Shown: piece by piece, positions 38,263 to 47,121 of the stretch | Layout: the number at the start of each line of letters is the position of its first letter | Position numbering within the stretch: the stretch's first letter is position 1 | Assembly: GCA_039000165.1 (NCBI GenBank) | Contig: JAWBTW010000005.1 | Location: forward strand, 981-64,980 | From: Candidatus Aenigmatarchaeota archaeon | GTDB lineage: Archaea; Aenigmatarchaeota; Aenigmatarchaeia; CG10238-14; SCSR01 | Length of the DNA stretch: 64,000 nucleotides | Direction of reading: 5' to 3' | Translations under genes and position numbers: made by a program | The notes under the pieces: model-generated | Told to the model about the DNA's origin: nothing | Seen by the model: the letters and a program-made list of their open reading frames with translations, nothing else | Databases searched by the model: none

Positions 38263-38355
38263 TGGGGACGCTGGGATTTGAACCCAGGTTTTCTCGTGCA
38301 AAGCACTCTGAGCCTCCCAAGGGCCCGATCCTAGACCAAGCTAGACGACGTCCCC
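38263..38355 (-). tRNA. tRNA-Pro(UGG)-like with an ~18-nt insertion (putative non-canonical intron)
   Basis: Minus-strand read: GGGGACG-TC-GTCTAGCTTGGTCTAGGAT-C-GGGCC-CUUGGGA-GGCUC-[AGAGTGCTTTGCACGAGAAAAC]-CTGGG-TTCAAAT-CCCAG-CGTCCCC-A. Acceptor and T arms are canonical. The anticodon stem GGGCC/GGCUC with loop CUUGGGA gives anticodon UGG. 22 nt lie between the anticodon stem and the T stem, where 4-5 are expected. Confidence 0.55.
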
Positions 38356-38445
38356 CTTATTATAATTTTAAATTCGAGATAAATGCTTTTTTTACTTTCT
38401 CTTTGTCGTAGGATAGTTTTATTTAAAGCTTGCTTCAACAAAATA

Positions 38446-38520
38446 TGGGAGGACCGGGATTTGAACCCGGGTTGCCGGCACCCCAAGCCGGATGCCTAGA
38501 CCAAGCTAGCAGATCCTCCC
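38446..38520 (-). tRNA. tRNA-Pro(GGG)
   Basis: Minus-strand read: GGGAGGA-TC-TGCTAGCTTGGTCTAGGCA-T-CCGGC-TTGGGGT-GCCGG-CAAC-CCGGG-TTCAAAT-CCCGG-TCCTCCC-A. Clean cloverleaf, anticodon GGG, 74 nt. Confidence 0.75.
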
Positions 38521-38561
38521 GATAATCAAACATTATTTGATTACAAATTAAAAAATAAATT

Positions 38562-39833
38562 ATGGTTTATGAAACTATTGTCGGCAGACTAAAAGAAGAT
38601 AGAGAAAAATTTGGAAACAAGTGCTCAGGCTACTTGGGTAAGCATATTGTTGGAACTGGTGAAGACGCTCACCTAACAACAAAAGTTTTTATCGATTTGC
38701 TTCGATGTCATGTAATTCTAATTTCAGGAAAAAGGGGAACAGGTAAAAGCTATGATGCAGGAGTAATAGCAGAAGAAATTGCTTCACTTCCAGAAGAATT
38801 TAGAAAAAATTTAAGCGTAATTATGATAGATACTATGGGTATTTTTTGGAGCTTAAAAAAGCCAAACGAACAGCAAAAATCTTTACTTAAAGAATGGAAT
38901 CTAGAACCAAAAGGTTTTGAAAATGTGAAAGTTTTTGTTCCTTATTCTCAGCTTCAAGATTTTAAAAATGCAGGAATTCCCGTTGACGAAGGAATTTCAA
39001 TTTTGCCTTATGAGTTTTCAGCAGAAGAATGGAGGCTAGCTTTTAACTTAAAAAGAACAGAGCCTGCAGGAATTGCTCTAGAAAAAGTTATAAACCAACT
39101 TTTAGAATCTCAACAAAATTTTTCCATAGATGATATAATAACAAAAGTTAGAGACGATAAAGAAATTTCACAAGAAGTGAAAAGTGCTTTAGAAAACATG
39201 TTAACTGTAGCTAAGCAATGGGGAGTTTTTGGAGAAAAAGGAATTAATATAGATGATGTTGTTCAACCAGGCCAAATTTCTGTAGTTGATGTTTCTAGGT
39301 TAAGGGCAACAGAAGCCTGGAGCGTTAGAAACTTTATTGTTGCTATAATAGCAAGAAAGGTTTATGAGTATCGTTTGCTAGCAAGAAAAGAAGAAGAAAT
39401 AGCAAAGCTTGAGGGAAGAAAGCTTGAAAAAAGATATCCTATGGTTTGGCTTATTGTTGATGAAGCTCACAACTTTTGTCCTTCAGATTTTGAAACAGTT
39501 TCTTCTCAACCATTTCTAACAATAGCAAAGCAAGGAAGAGAGCCTGGAGTAAGCTTGGTAGTAATAACACAAATGCCAAATAAAATTCATCAGGATATTC
39601 TAAGCCAATGCGATTTGGTAATTTCTCATCGTTTAACTTCTCGTGATGATTTACAAGCTTTGCATGCTGTTTATCAAACTTATATGGCTGAAGAAATTGA
39701 GAAAATGATTAACAAGCTCCCAAGATGGCCTGGAGCTGCTTTAATTCTTGATGATAATTTGGAAAAAATTTTTACTGTTTGTATTAGGCCTAGACTTTCA
39801 TGGCATGCAGGAGGAACTGCTGCAGTTGTTTAA
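38562..39833 (+). CDS. DUF87 / HerA-like P-loop ATPase (short form)
   Basis: 423 aa. Walker A ISGKRGTGKSYD; Walker B/DEAH-like WLIVDEAHNF; C-terminal VVITQMPNKIHQDILSQCDLVISHRL typical of the HerA/VirB4-like DUF87 clade. Confidence 0.65.
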   Translation: MVYETIVGRLKEDREKFGNKCSGYLGKHIVGTGEDAHLTTKVFIDLLRCHVILISGKRGTGKSYDAGVIAEEIASLPEEFRKNLSVIMIDTMGIFWSLKKPNEQQKSLLKEWNLEPKGFENVKVFVPYSQLQDFKNAGIPVDEGISILPYEFSAEEWRLAFNLKRTEPAGIALEKVINQLLESQQNFSIDDIITKVRDDKEISQEVKSALENMLTVAKQWGVFGEKGINIDDVVQPGQISVVDVSRLRATEAWSVRNFIVAIIARKVYEYRLLARKEEEIAKLEGRKLEKRYPMVWLIVDEAHNFCPSDFETVSSQPFLTIAKQGREPGVSLVVITQMPNKIHQDILSQCDLVISHRLTSRDDLQALHAVYQTYMAEEIEKMINKLPRWPGAALILDDNLEKIFTVCIRPRLSWHAGGTAAVV

Positions 39834-39896
39834 TTTATATAAATAAAATTTAAAATTGAGAATTTCTTTAAACTTTAAGTAATAAATTGTATATGT

Positions 39897-42098
39897 ATGA
39901 GAAAGCACCTAATTTTACTATTCTTTTTCTTCTTTCTACCAATCACTGTTTCAGCCCAAGATCTAGTAGCTTACTATTCCTTTGACGATTGCTCAGCCAA
40001 AGATTTATCTGGCTATAATAACAACGGAACAATTTATGGCGCAATCTGCACAGAAGGAAAAATAAATCAAGCTTTAAGCTTTGACGGTATAGACGATTAC
40101 ATAAATTGTGGAAATTCCTCTATTCTTAATCCTTCTTCGATAACAATCCTAGCCTGGATCTATCCAAAAGGCTGGGGAGAAAACGGAATGGGAAGAATAG
40201 TTACCAAATACTATTCCTACCAATTCTACGTTTATTCTGATGGCAACAGACTAAGCTTCTACTTTTGGAATTCCTCTAATTCAACCAATCAAGCCTGGTC
40301 GAACATAAACTCAACAAAACTAAACGAATGGCAGCATGTAGCAGTAACTTATGACGGAGAATACATTAAGTTTTACGTTAACGGCTTACTTTCAGGACAA
40401 ACAGCAATGAAAGCAGGAAGCTTGCAATCTTCTAACTCAAACCTAATTATAGGAAACAGAGAAAGCCTAGACAGAACTTTTAACGGCACAATAGACGAAG
40501 TAAAAATCTACAACAGAGCTTTAAGCAGCGAAGAAATCTACTCAGAATATCTAAAAACTGTTAAATACTTTCTTTCAGGTCAACTTAAAGACAAAAATGG
40601 TATTCCGCTTCAAGCAAATATTTCATTTTTAGACAAAGACACAAACGAAATAATTTTGATAAATCGAACAGATGAGAATGGAAGTTACCTTTTGTCAGCT
40701 TACTATGGAAGTTATGATATCTTGTATGAACTATCTGGCCAAAACTTGTGGATAAAAATAAAAGATTTTAATTTAAATCAGGATACAAGCGACATTTTAA
40801 ATTACATATCTTTTGAGTCAAATAAAATATCTTTTCAAGCCACCTTAGACAAAACAATTACTCTTGAGATATCAACTGACAAACCTCCTAGCAAAATTTT
40901 AATAAACGGAACCGAATTGGAAAAAGTTAATTCTTTGCAAGAATTGAAAAATAACAGCTGGTTTTATGAGTCATTTAAAAAAGTAATTCATTTACAAAAT
41001 TTTTTAGACTGTAATTTTCTTTGTAAACTTAAAAGATTTTCTTATGGTTTATGTAGAAATACCATGGAAGGCTTCCCGGAACCAGCTCCATTAGACCTTT
41101 CTGATGCAAGAAGAACTTTATGGAGATATTTTCCTTACTTATGGCACAGACATGAAGTTTTGGTTGAACTTTTCAAAAACTTATCAAATGCTCATCCAAA
41201 ATACGCTTCTTACGAATCTATAGGTAAATCGCATGAAGGTAGAGATATATTGATGTTTAAGATAGGAAATCCAGAAGGAGGAAAAGTTATGTGGGATGGG
41301 TGCATCCATGGTCCCGAAGATATAGGAAGCGAGATAATGTATATAATTGCAAAATGGCTTCTTGAAAGTGGGAACGAGACAGCTAATAGAATACTTCAAA
41401 GAAATTATATTCTTTTTATTCCTGTGGTGAATATGGATTCTTACGCAAGACAAAACAGGAATTTTAGCGCATGTCAATACGGAGTAGATTTGAACAGAAA
41501 CTTTGTAACAGGATGGCGCTCAAGAGCATGCACAATAGGAACGTGTACAAACGATACAGATTGCGAAAATAATTACGGCAGCTCTTATGTTTGTAGGAAT
41601 AACACTTGTGTTAATAACTATGATTATTCTGGAGAGTCTCCTGCAAGTGAGAATGAAACAAAAGCATTAAGATACGCTTTTCAAACTTATAGACCAGAGT
41701 TTTATGTTAACACTCATAGAGGTGGTTCTATTCTGTACTATTATTCTGGCAATAATATGTCGATTGTAAATTCCTTACTCCAGAGAATTAATGAATTAAG
41801 CTTACAAATGGGTGTAACACCTTATTCTGCCACTTCAGTTGGAGCAAATGGTATGGCTTTAGCCGATGCAAATTATTTTGGCGCTACTTCTTGGCTTTTC
41901 GAAATAGAAACTTGGGATGTTAATGTAACTTATGACGATATAGTAAATGTTTATTTTCCAAGAGTTTTACCAGTTTTTATAGCGATGTGCGAAGCTTCTG
42001 AAAAAGTTGTAGAAATTAATCCCTGCCTAAACGGAGAAATTTTAATTGACCAAAATACTTGTTTGCCATACTGGAAATGCTGTTGTTCTTTTTCTTAA
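39897..42098 (+). CDS. Secreted multidomain protein: signal peptide + LamG/ConA-like lectin domain + shared module + C-terminal M14 zinc carboxypeptidase domain
   Basis: 733 aa; signal peptide MRKHLILLFFFFFLPITVSAQDL. LamG_3-like block FDGIDDYINCGNS..ITILAWIYPKGW..WQHVAVTYDGEYIKFYVNG..FNGTIDEVKIYNRALSSEEI. M14 motifs SHEGRDILMFKIG and CIHGPEDIGSE (HxxE). Many N-x-S/T sequons. Confidence 0.7.
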   Translation: MRKHLILLFFFFFLPITVSAQDLVAYYSFDDCSAKDLSGYNNNGTIYGAICTEGKINQALSFDGIDDYINCGNSSILNPSSITILAWIYPKGWGENGMGRIVTKYYSYQFYVYSDGNRLSFYFWNSSNSTNQAWSNINSTKLNEWQHVAVTYDGEYIKFYVNGLLSGQTAMKAGSLQSSNSNLIIGNRESLDRTFNGTIDEVKIYNRALSSEEIYSEYLKTVKYFLSGQLKDKNGIPLQANISFLDKDTNEIILINRTDENGSYLLSAYYGSYDILYELSGQNLWIKIKDFNLNQDTSDILNYISFESNKISFQATLDKTITLEISTDKPPSKILINGTELEKVNSLQELKNNSWFYESFKKVIHLQNFLDCNFLCKLKRFSYGLCRNTMEGFPEPAPLDLSDARRTLWRYFPYLWHRHEVLVELFKNLSNAHPKYASYESIGKSHEGRDILMFKIGNPEGGKVMWDGCIHGPEDIGSEIMYIIAKWLLESGNETANRILQRNYILFIPVVNMDSYARQNRNFSACQYGVDLNRNFVTGWRSRACTIGTCTNDTDCENNYGSSYVCRNNTCVNNYDYSGESPASENETKALRYAFQTYRPEFYVNTHRGGSILYYYSGNNMSIVNSLLQRINELSLQMGVTPYSATSVGANGMALADANYFGATSWLFEIETWDVNVTYDDIVNVYFPRVLPVFIAMCEASEKVVEINPCLNGEILIDQNTCLPYWKCCCSFS

Positions 42099-42130
42099 AA
42101 TATTTGTTCAAAGAACACTAAGTTATATTT

Positions 42131-45100
42131 ATGAAAATATATTCTCAAATAATCGTTTTTCTTCTATTTATAGTTCTTTTATGTAGTCTCCCAACTTTCA
42201 TTAAAAAAGATGAAATAAATAACGAAAATTCTTCTTTTGAAGAAGAATGTACAGCTGTAATAGTTACAGGAACTCACGCAAAAGACGGAAGGGCTATAAT
42301 GATGAAGAATAGAGATTGGAGTGATACTCAGTACCAAAAACCTTGGTTTGTTAGTAGTTATGCTGGAGGAAATTACAGTTATATCTTAATGTCTGCTTAT
42401 ATGGGAATGAATGAAGTAGGATTAGCTATTATGAACACTCTTCAATCTTGTCCTGGTTTAAATGTTTGGCATTATAACATTCATGGAAATTACACTAATG
42501 ATAAATCAGTAGCTATGCAGTATGTTCTCTCTCATTTTTCAGATGTGGAAAAAGCAGTTATGTGGATAGTCGAAAATACTTACGGATTATGCGATTGTAT
42601 AGGAATAATAGGTCAAAATAGTAGCGTAGGTGCTTTTGTTTGGATAGATGGTGATAAGAAATACATAACTTGGGTCAATAATTCGCACGATGCTGCAGCA
42701 AACAGTTGGGTTCCAAACGGTGTTTACGGAACTAGAGGAGCAAGAGCAAAGCAACTTCTAGACCAAATCTACAATCAAAAAGGTTACATTTCTTGGGAGG
42801 ATGTAATTCAAGAAATAAGTAAAGATGAGTTTGATAGAGAAAAAACCAATAACAATTGTTACAGCTATAGTGATTGTATTAGCAGAGGAATAACAAGAGC
42901 AGCTATGGTAGCAGTTTCGGGAAATAGTAGCTATGAAGGCAGACTTAACATAATGTGGCTAACTTTTGGAGAAAATCCTACTATAGGTCTTTTCTTACCC
43001 TTAATGCCTGGGGTAATAGATTCCTCTTCAGACATACCAAGCATTTTTACTTCTGGAAACGGTTTAGGAGCTTTAGTAGAAGTTAAGAGGAACTATGCTA
43101 GAAATGGTTGTAGTTCTGAGCAATGGAACGGCACAAGAGTGAGAGAGATTCAGTCTTATTCTTTTTACGCTGAAAATTATACTTTTAAAAAATACGATGA
43201 ACTGATGAAGACAATTCCAAGTGGCTTATCTTATACTCAATTAAAAACGCTTCTTAAAAATTATATGAATGATTCGATAACTGTAGCTACCAACATATAT
43301 ATAGCAGAAAAAATACCTGAAGATTCTTTACCCAATTGTAGTGTCCTAAGTATAGATGAATCTTCTCCTTATGCTTATGCTTTAGACAATTCTATTTGGT
43401 ATAGTAATCTTTCTACGGGAAGCTTTGCTGTCAATATAGAGACTAACGATGATAAAGGAATAAGCAAAGTGAGCTTTCCGAGTACTACTTCCTCAGGAGG
43501 GGATGACACAATTCCTCCATATTCTTGGACCTATAGTTGGAATACCCAGAGTACTTATTCTGGAATAGCTACAGTTACAGTTTACGATACAGCACAGCAG
43601 ACTGGTACGTGTATTTTTAGCGTGATTAAGGATAGCGTAGCACCAACTACTACAGTAAATATCGAAGGAAACTATAACATTATTTTAAGTTGCGAGGATT
43701 CTGGCGTAGGTTGTAATGTCACTTATTATTGCATAGATACCGATAATTCCTGTAATCCTTCGAATGTATACTTAAATCCTATAACAACTTCTTGTACCGG
43801 TTGTTGCTATTTAAGATACCGTTCAGCAGATAAGGTTAACAATGTAGAAACTGTCAAATCTGTTTCTTTTGGCCATACTTGCGGTTGCTCAAGAGGCAAC
43901 CCTTCAGTTTTCATTATTCCATCATCTCAAAGTAACTTACCTGGGTATAAGTCAACTTACATAGTTTCAGTTAAAAGTAATGATAATGAAGCATGTGGAA
44001 TTTCTGTATTTAATTTGTCATTAGTCTTCTGCCAAGCTGGTATAAGTTGTAGCTTAATTAATAATACCTTAGCTATCTTGCCCGGAAATGCAATCAATAC
44101 TACATTAGAAATAACTTCAAGTCCTTCTGCTTCAGAAGGCAATTATATTTTTACTGTTAGAGCAACAAATTCTTTACTAAGCAATTATTTTGGAGAGGCT
44201 TCAGGAAGTTACATCGTTGTCTTAAAAAAACTAGTTTTAGAATATAAGTTCAGTGAAGGTCTGGGGTTAGTAGCTTACGATAACTCTGGATTTAATAATC
44301 ATGCAAATATTTTTGGGGCAAATTGGATAGAAGGCAAACACGACTTTGCTTTAAGTTTTGACGGAATAGACGACTATCTTGAAGTTTTGCAAGCCGATTC
44401 GATTAGTGGTTTTTCTTATGGTTTGTCTTTGAGCTTATGGGTTAAGTTTAACGAATTAAATAGAAGACAGGCGATTCTCAACAAATATGATACAAGAAGT
44501 AATCAAAGAGGTTGGTTCTTGGAGTACCAAAACCATTCTACTTATAGGGATGTTTTAGGATTTTTTGCTTCTTACAATGGAGTTAATTATAGTGAATGGT
44601 ACACTTCTTTCAAGCCTAATTTGGGAGAATGGTATCACTTAGCAGTTGTTTGGGAGCCAAATAAACTACCAAAGTTCTACGTGAATGGCGAACTTAAACA
44701 AACAATAAACAACAGAACAATTCCGCAAATTTTCAACAATACTCTAGCACCATTTCACATAGGAAAAAGTACTTATGCTACTGGAAGAGAATTTAACGGA
44801 ACGATAGATGAAGTTAAAATTTACAATTATGCTTTAACTGATAGCGAAATATTAGAAATATTTTCGAACGAAAGTAAAAATTATTTCAAAGGTTTCCTTA
44901 CCGATAAAGATGGTAGGCCATACCAAGGAATAGTATCAATCGACTCTCACGCAGGAAGCATAGAGAATGGAAATTATTTTCTCAGAATTGATTCAGGAAA
45001 TTATGATATTATATATTCTTTAGTCAACTTTCCTGTTCAGGGATTTTGGTTGAAACTTCTCAACTACTTAATCGATTCAGATTTGAATGATATAGTAAAT

Positions 45101-45304
45101 TATGTTGATAAGCAAGACAATAGAATTTCGTTCGTTGTCGAGTGTTTTAATTCTCAAAGTATTCAGGCTTACAGCCCTTCCAAACCAAACAAAGTAAAAG
45201 TTAATGGGGTTGAGATACCCTATGACGATTCTCTTTCTTCTATTCCTTCTTGGAAATACATTTCATCGAATAAAACAATCATTATTAAGTTCTTCTGTCA
45301 ATAA
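42131..45304 (+). CDS. Secreted multidomain protein: signal peptide + Ntn-hydrolase (peptidase C69-like) domain + LamG lectin-like domain + shared C-terminal module
   Basis: 1057 aa. After the signal peptide, EECTAVIVTGTHAKDGRAIMMKNRDW parallels the C69 N-terminal nucleophile motif (CTTILVGK..DGS...ARNED). LamG block FDGIDDYLEV..WYHLAVVWEP..FYVNGELK..FNGTIDEVKIYNYALTDSEILEIF. The C-terminal ~140 aa is homologous to the neighbouring proteins. Confidence 0.65.
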   Translation: MKIYSQIIVFLLFIVLLCSLPTFIKKDEINNENSSFEEECTAVIVTGTHAKDGRAIMMKNRDWSDTQYQKPWFVSSYAGGNYSYILMSAYMGMNEVGLAIMNTLQSCPGLNVWHYNIHGNYTNDKSVAMQYVLSHFSDVEKAVMWIVENTYGLCDCIGIIGQNSSVGAFVWIDGDKKYITWVNNSHDAAANSWVPNGVYGTRGARAKQLLDQIYNQKGYISWEDVIQEISKDEFDREKTNNNCYSYSDCISRGITRAAMVAVSGNSSYEGRLNIMWLTFGENPTIGLFLPLMPGVIDSSSDIPSIFTSGNGLGALVEVKRNYARNGCSSEQWNGTRVREIQSYSFYAENYTFKKYDELMKTIPSGLSYTQLKTLLKNYMNDSITVATNIYIAEKIPEDSLPNCSVLSIDESSPYAYALDNSIWYSNLSTGSFAVNIETNDDKGISKVSFPSTTSSGGDDTIPPYSWTYSWNTQSTYSGIATVTVYDTAQQTGTCIFSVIKDSVAPTTTVNIEGNYNIILSCEDSGVGCNVTYYCIDTDNSCNPSNVYLNPITTSCTGCCYLRYRSADKVNNVETVKSVSFGHTCGCSRGNPSVFIIPSSQSNLPGYKSTYIVSVKSNDNEACGISVFNLSLVFCQAGISCSLINNTLAILPGNAINTTLEITSSPSASEGNYIFTVRATNSLLSNYFGEASGSYIVVLKKLVLEYKFSEGLGLVAYDNSGFNNHANIFGANWIEGKHDFALSFDGIDDYLEVLQADSISGFSYGLSLSLWVKFNELNRRQAILNKYDTRSNQRGWFLEYQNHSTYRDVLGFFASYNGVNYSEWYTSFKPNLGEWYHLAVVWEPNKLPKFYVNGELKQTINNRTIPQIFNNTLAPFHIGKSTYATGREFNGTIDEVKIYNYALTDSEILEIFSNESKNYFKGFLTDKDGRPYQGIVSIDSHAGSIENGNYFLRIDSGNYDIIYSLVNFPVQGFWLKLLNYLIDSDLNDIVNYVDKQDNRISFVVECFNSQSIQAYSPSKPNKVKVNGVEIPYDDSLSSIPSWKYISSNKTIIIKFFCQ

Positions 45305-45311
45305 AATTATT

Positions 45312-47009
45312 ATGAATCAATTTTTTATCTTCCTTTTATCCGCTGCTCTTTTAATTTTACTCTTACCAACTTTCTATGACCTCCATAGTTCTAAAGTTCA
45401 GAGTTACTCTTTTCTTTCTAATTATGAATTAGCGCTTTTTAACTCCGAACTTTACCCTCTAGACTCAAATTTAATAACCGTTTGTTCTTCTGGGTGTAAC
45501 TTTACTTCTATTTACTCAGCTATAAATTACGCTAATATTACTCCAGGAGCAGATATGATTTATATAAAGGAAGGCGTATACACAGAAAACAACATCAAAT
45601 TATACAGCAACATCACAATCGTAGGCGATGGTATAGACAAAACAATTATAAGAAATAAGCTTTATAATTCTACAATAGGTCAAAGGGTTGATATTTTCAC
45701 TAGTAATGTTCCTTTAGAAAATGTTCGGATCGAAAATCTAACTGTTGATACTTTAGGTGTGCCAGACAACATGGGAAGTAGTGCCATAACTTTTCGAGGT
45801 AATGGCACGAACAAAAATATTGTTATTAGAAATGTTAAATCTATAAACGCTTTTGGAGCAGGTATAGCGATTCCAAACTTTGAAAATCTTGTAATAGAAA
45901 ATTGTATAATAAATAACACATGGACAGGAATAACAGTTGGTGGGGGGATAAATGCTTCGATTAAAAACAATATAATTGTTAATACTAGAGGGGATGGGAT
46001 TTTTCCACAAGTTAGACGTTCATCGAATCTCAGCGTTATAAAAGCTTTAATAGAAAATAATTATCTAGAGAATATCGGCGATACAGGAATAGATATAACT
46101 TCTGACTGTGATTTTAAACCTCATGAGGAAATTTATGTTGTTGGTAATAAGCTTAAAAATGCAAGTGTAAGAATTTCTTGTGCATTAAACATTACCTTAA
46201 TTAAGAACTTTATTAAATATGGAAGCATCGGTGTAGATGCTGGTGCAGGAAGACCCATAAACATAGCAATCGAAAATAATTCGATAGAAAGTTCAAAAAG
46301 AGGTATTGTTCTAGGTGGTGCTTTAAACGTAACCGTCAGGGACAACATTATTCATTTCTTTGCGTCTTCGGATTCTTCGCAAACAGGTATAAGTTCCGGA
46401 GTTTGGCAATCGTCGATATTACAAAATAATATTATTTTGAACCCACAAAACTATTGTATCGATTTTAATAATTGGCAGGTTGGCGGAAGCGGAAACACGT
46501 TAATAGAAAATAACACTCTAATCAACTGTGGTGATGTAGGGATTTATGATAATAATGTTAGTGTTGGAAAAGTAGTAATAAAAGGAAATAAGATACTAGA
46601 CTTTAAGAACTTATCAAGACACAGCATTCTTACAGAGAAAGAAAATAATGTATGGATCATAACTAACAACTGGATTTATAATAAAAGCATCTTTGCACCA
46701 AGTAGCATAATTAATGATAATGATTACTCTTATCCTGAACAGTTTTATTTTCCAATTTCTTTAAAAAGTAATAAGTTTATCTTCTCTTCAATACTTCAAG
46801 ATAGTAAAAATAAAATTTTAAGAATATATCTTGAAGAAATTGGATTTGGTTTGAACGAAGAAAACACGATAGAGATTTTCAGTCCAAAAAAACCTTCGAA
46901 AATTAAAATAAATAACCTTGTTGTAACATACGACGATTCTCTTTCTTTACTCCATTCTTGGAAATACGATTCTTCTAATAAAACAATAACTTTAAAGTTC
47001 TTTTCTTAA
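45312..47009 (+). CDS. Secreted right-handed parallel beta-helix repeat protein with shared C-terminal module
   Basis: ATG 45312 (MNQFFIFLLSAALLILLLP signal/anchor) preferred over the ORF-track start at 45204, which overlaps the previous gene. Repeated N-x-x-G-x-G-I/V beta-helix rungs (NAFGAGIAIPNFENLVIENCIINNTWTGITVGGGINASIKNNIIVNT). C-terminal ...KIKINNLVVTYDDSLSLLHSWKYDSSNKTITLKFF matches the neighbours. Confidence 0.6.
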   Translation: MNQFFIFLLSAALLILLLPTFYDLHSSKVQSYSFLSNYELALFNSELYPLDSNLITVCSSGCNFTSIYSAINYANITPGADMIYIKEGVYTENNIKLYSNITIVGDGIDKTIIRNKLYNSTIGQRVDIFTSNVPLENVRIENLTVDTLGVPDNMGSSAITFRGNGTNKNIVIRNVKSINAFGAGIAIPNFENLVIENCIINNTWTGITVGGGINASIKNNIIVNTRGDGIFPQVRRSSNLSVIKALIENNYLENIGDTGIDITSDCDFKPHEEIYVVGNKLKNASVRISCALNITLIKNFIKYGSIGVDAGAGRPINIAIENNSIESSKRGIVLGGALNVTVRDNIIHFFASSDSSQTGISSGVWQSSILQNNIILNPQNYCIDFNNWQVGGSGNTLIENNTLINCGDVGIYDNNVSVGKVVIKGNKILDFKNLSRHSILTEKENNVWIITNNWIYNKSIFAPSSIINDNDYSYPEQFYFPISLKSNKFIFSSILQDSKNKILRIYLEEIGFGLNEENTIEIFSPKKPSKIKINNLVVTYDDSLSLLHSWKYDSSNKTITLKFFS

Positions 47010-47121
47010 CCATAACGAAAAAAATTTAACTTATTCGACTTAGCGATTCGATAGCTTACTATTTCTAGCGAATATAGTCAAAGGTAAATGTTGATATTTA
47101 AAGGAGAATAAAAATATTTTA

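Noticed and set aside
45204-45311. N-terminal extension of the beta-helix protein (MGLRYPMTILFLLFLLGNTFHRIK...)
   Set aside because: It overlaps the last 100 nt of the preceding gene. A downstream ATG (45312) starts a typical signal/anchor sequence right after the upstream stop, so the shorter gene was preferred.
47010-47121. Intergenic segment with near-repeats (ttagcgattcgatagc ... tagcgaatatag) upstream of the fourth secreted paralog
   Set aside because: The repeats are short (8-9 nt), imperfect and not a true palindrome. Possibly a regulator site, but the evidence is too weak to call.
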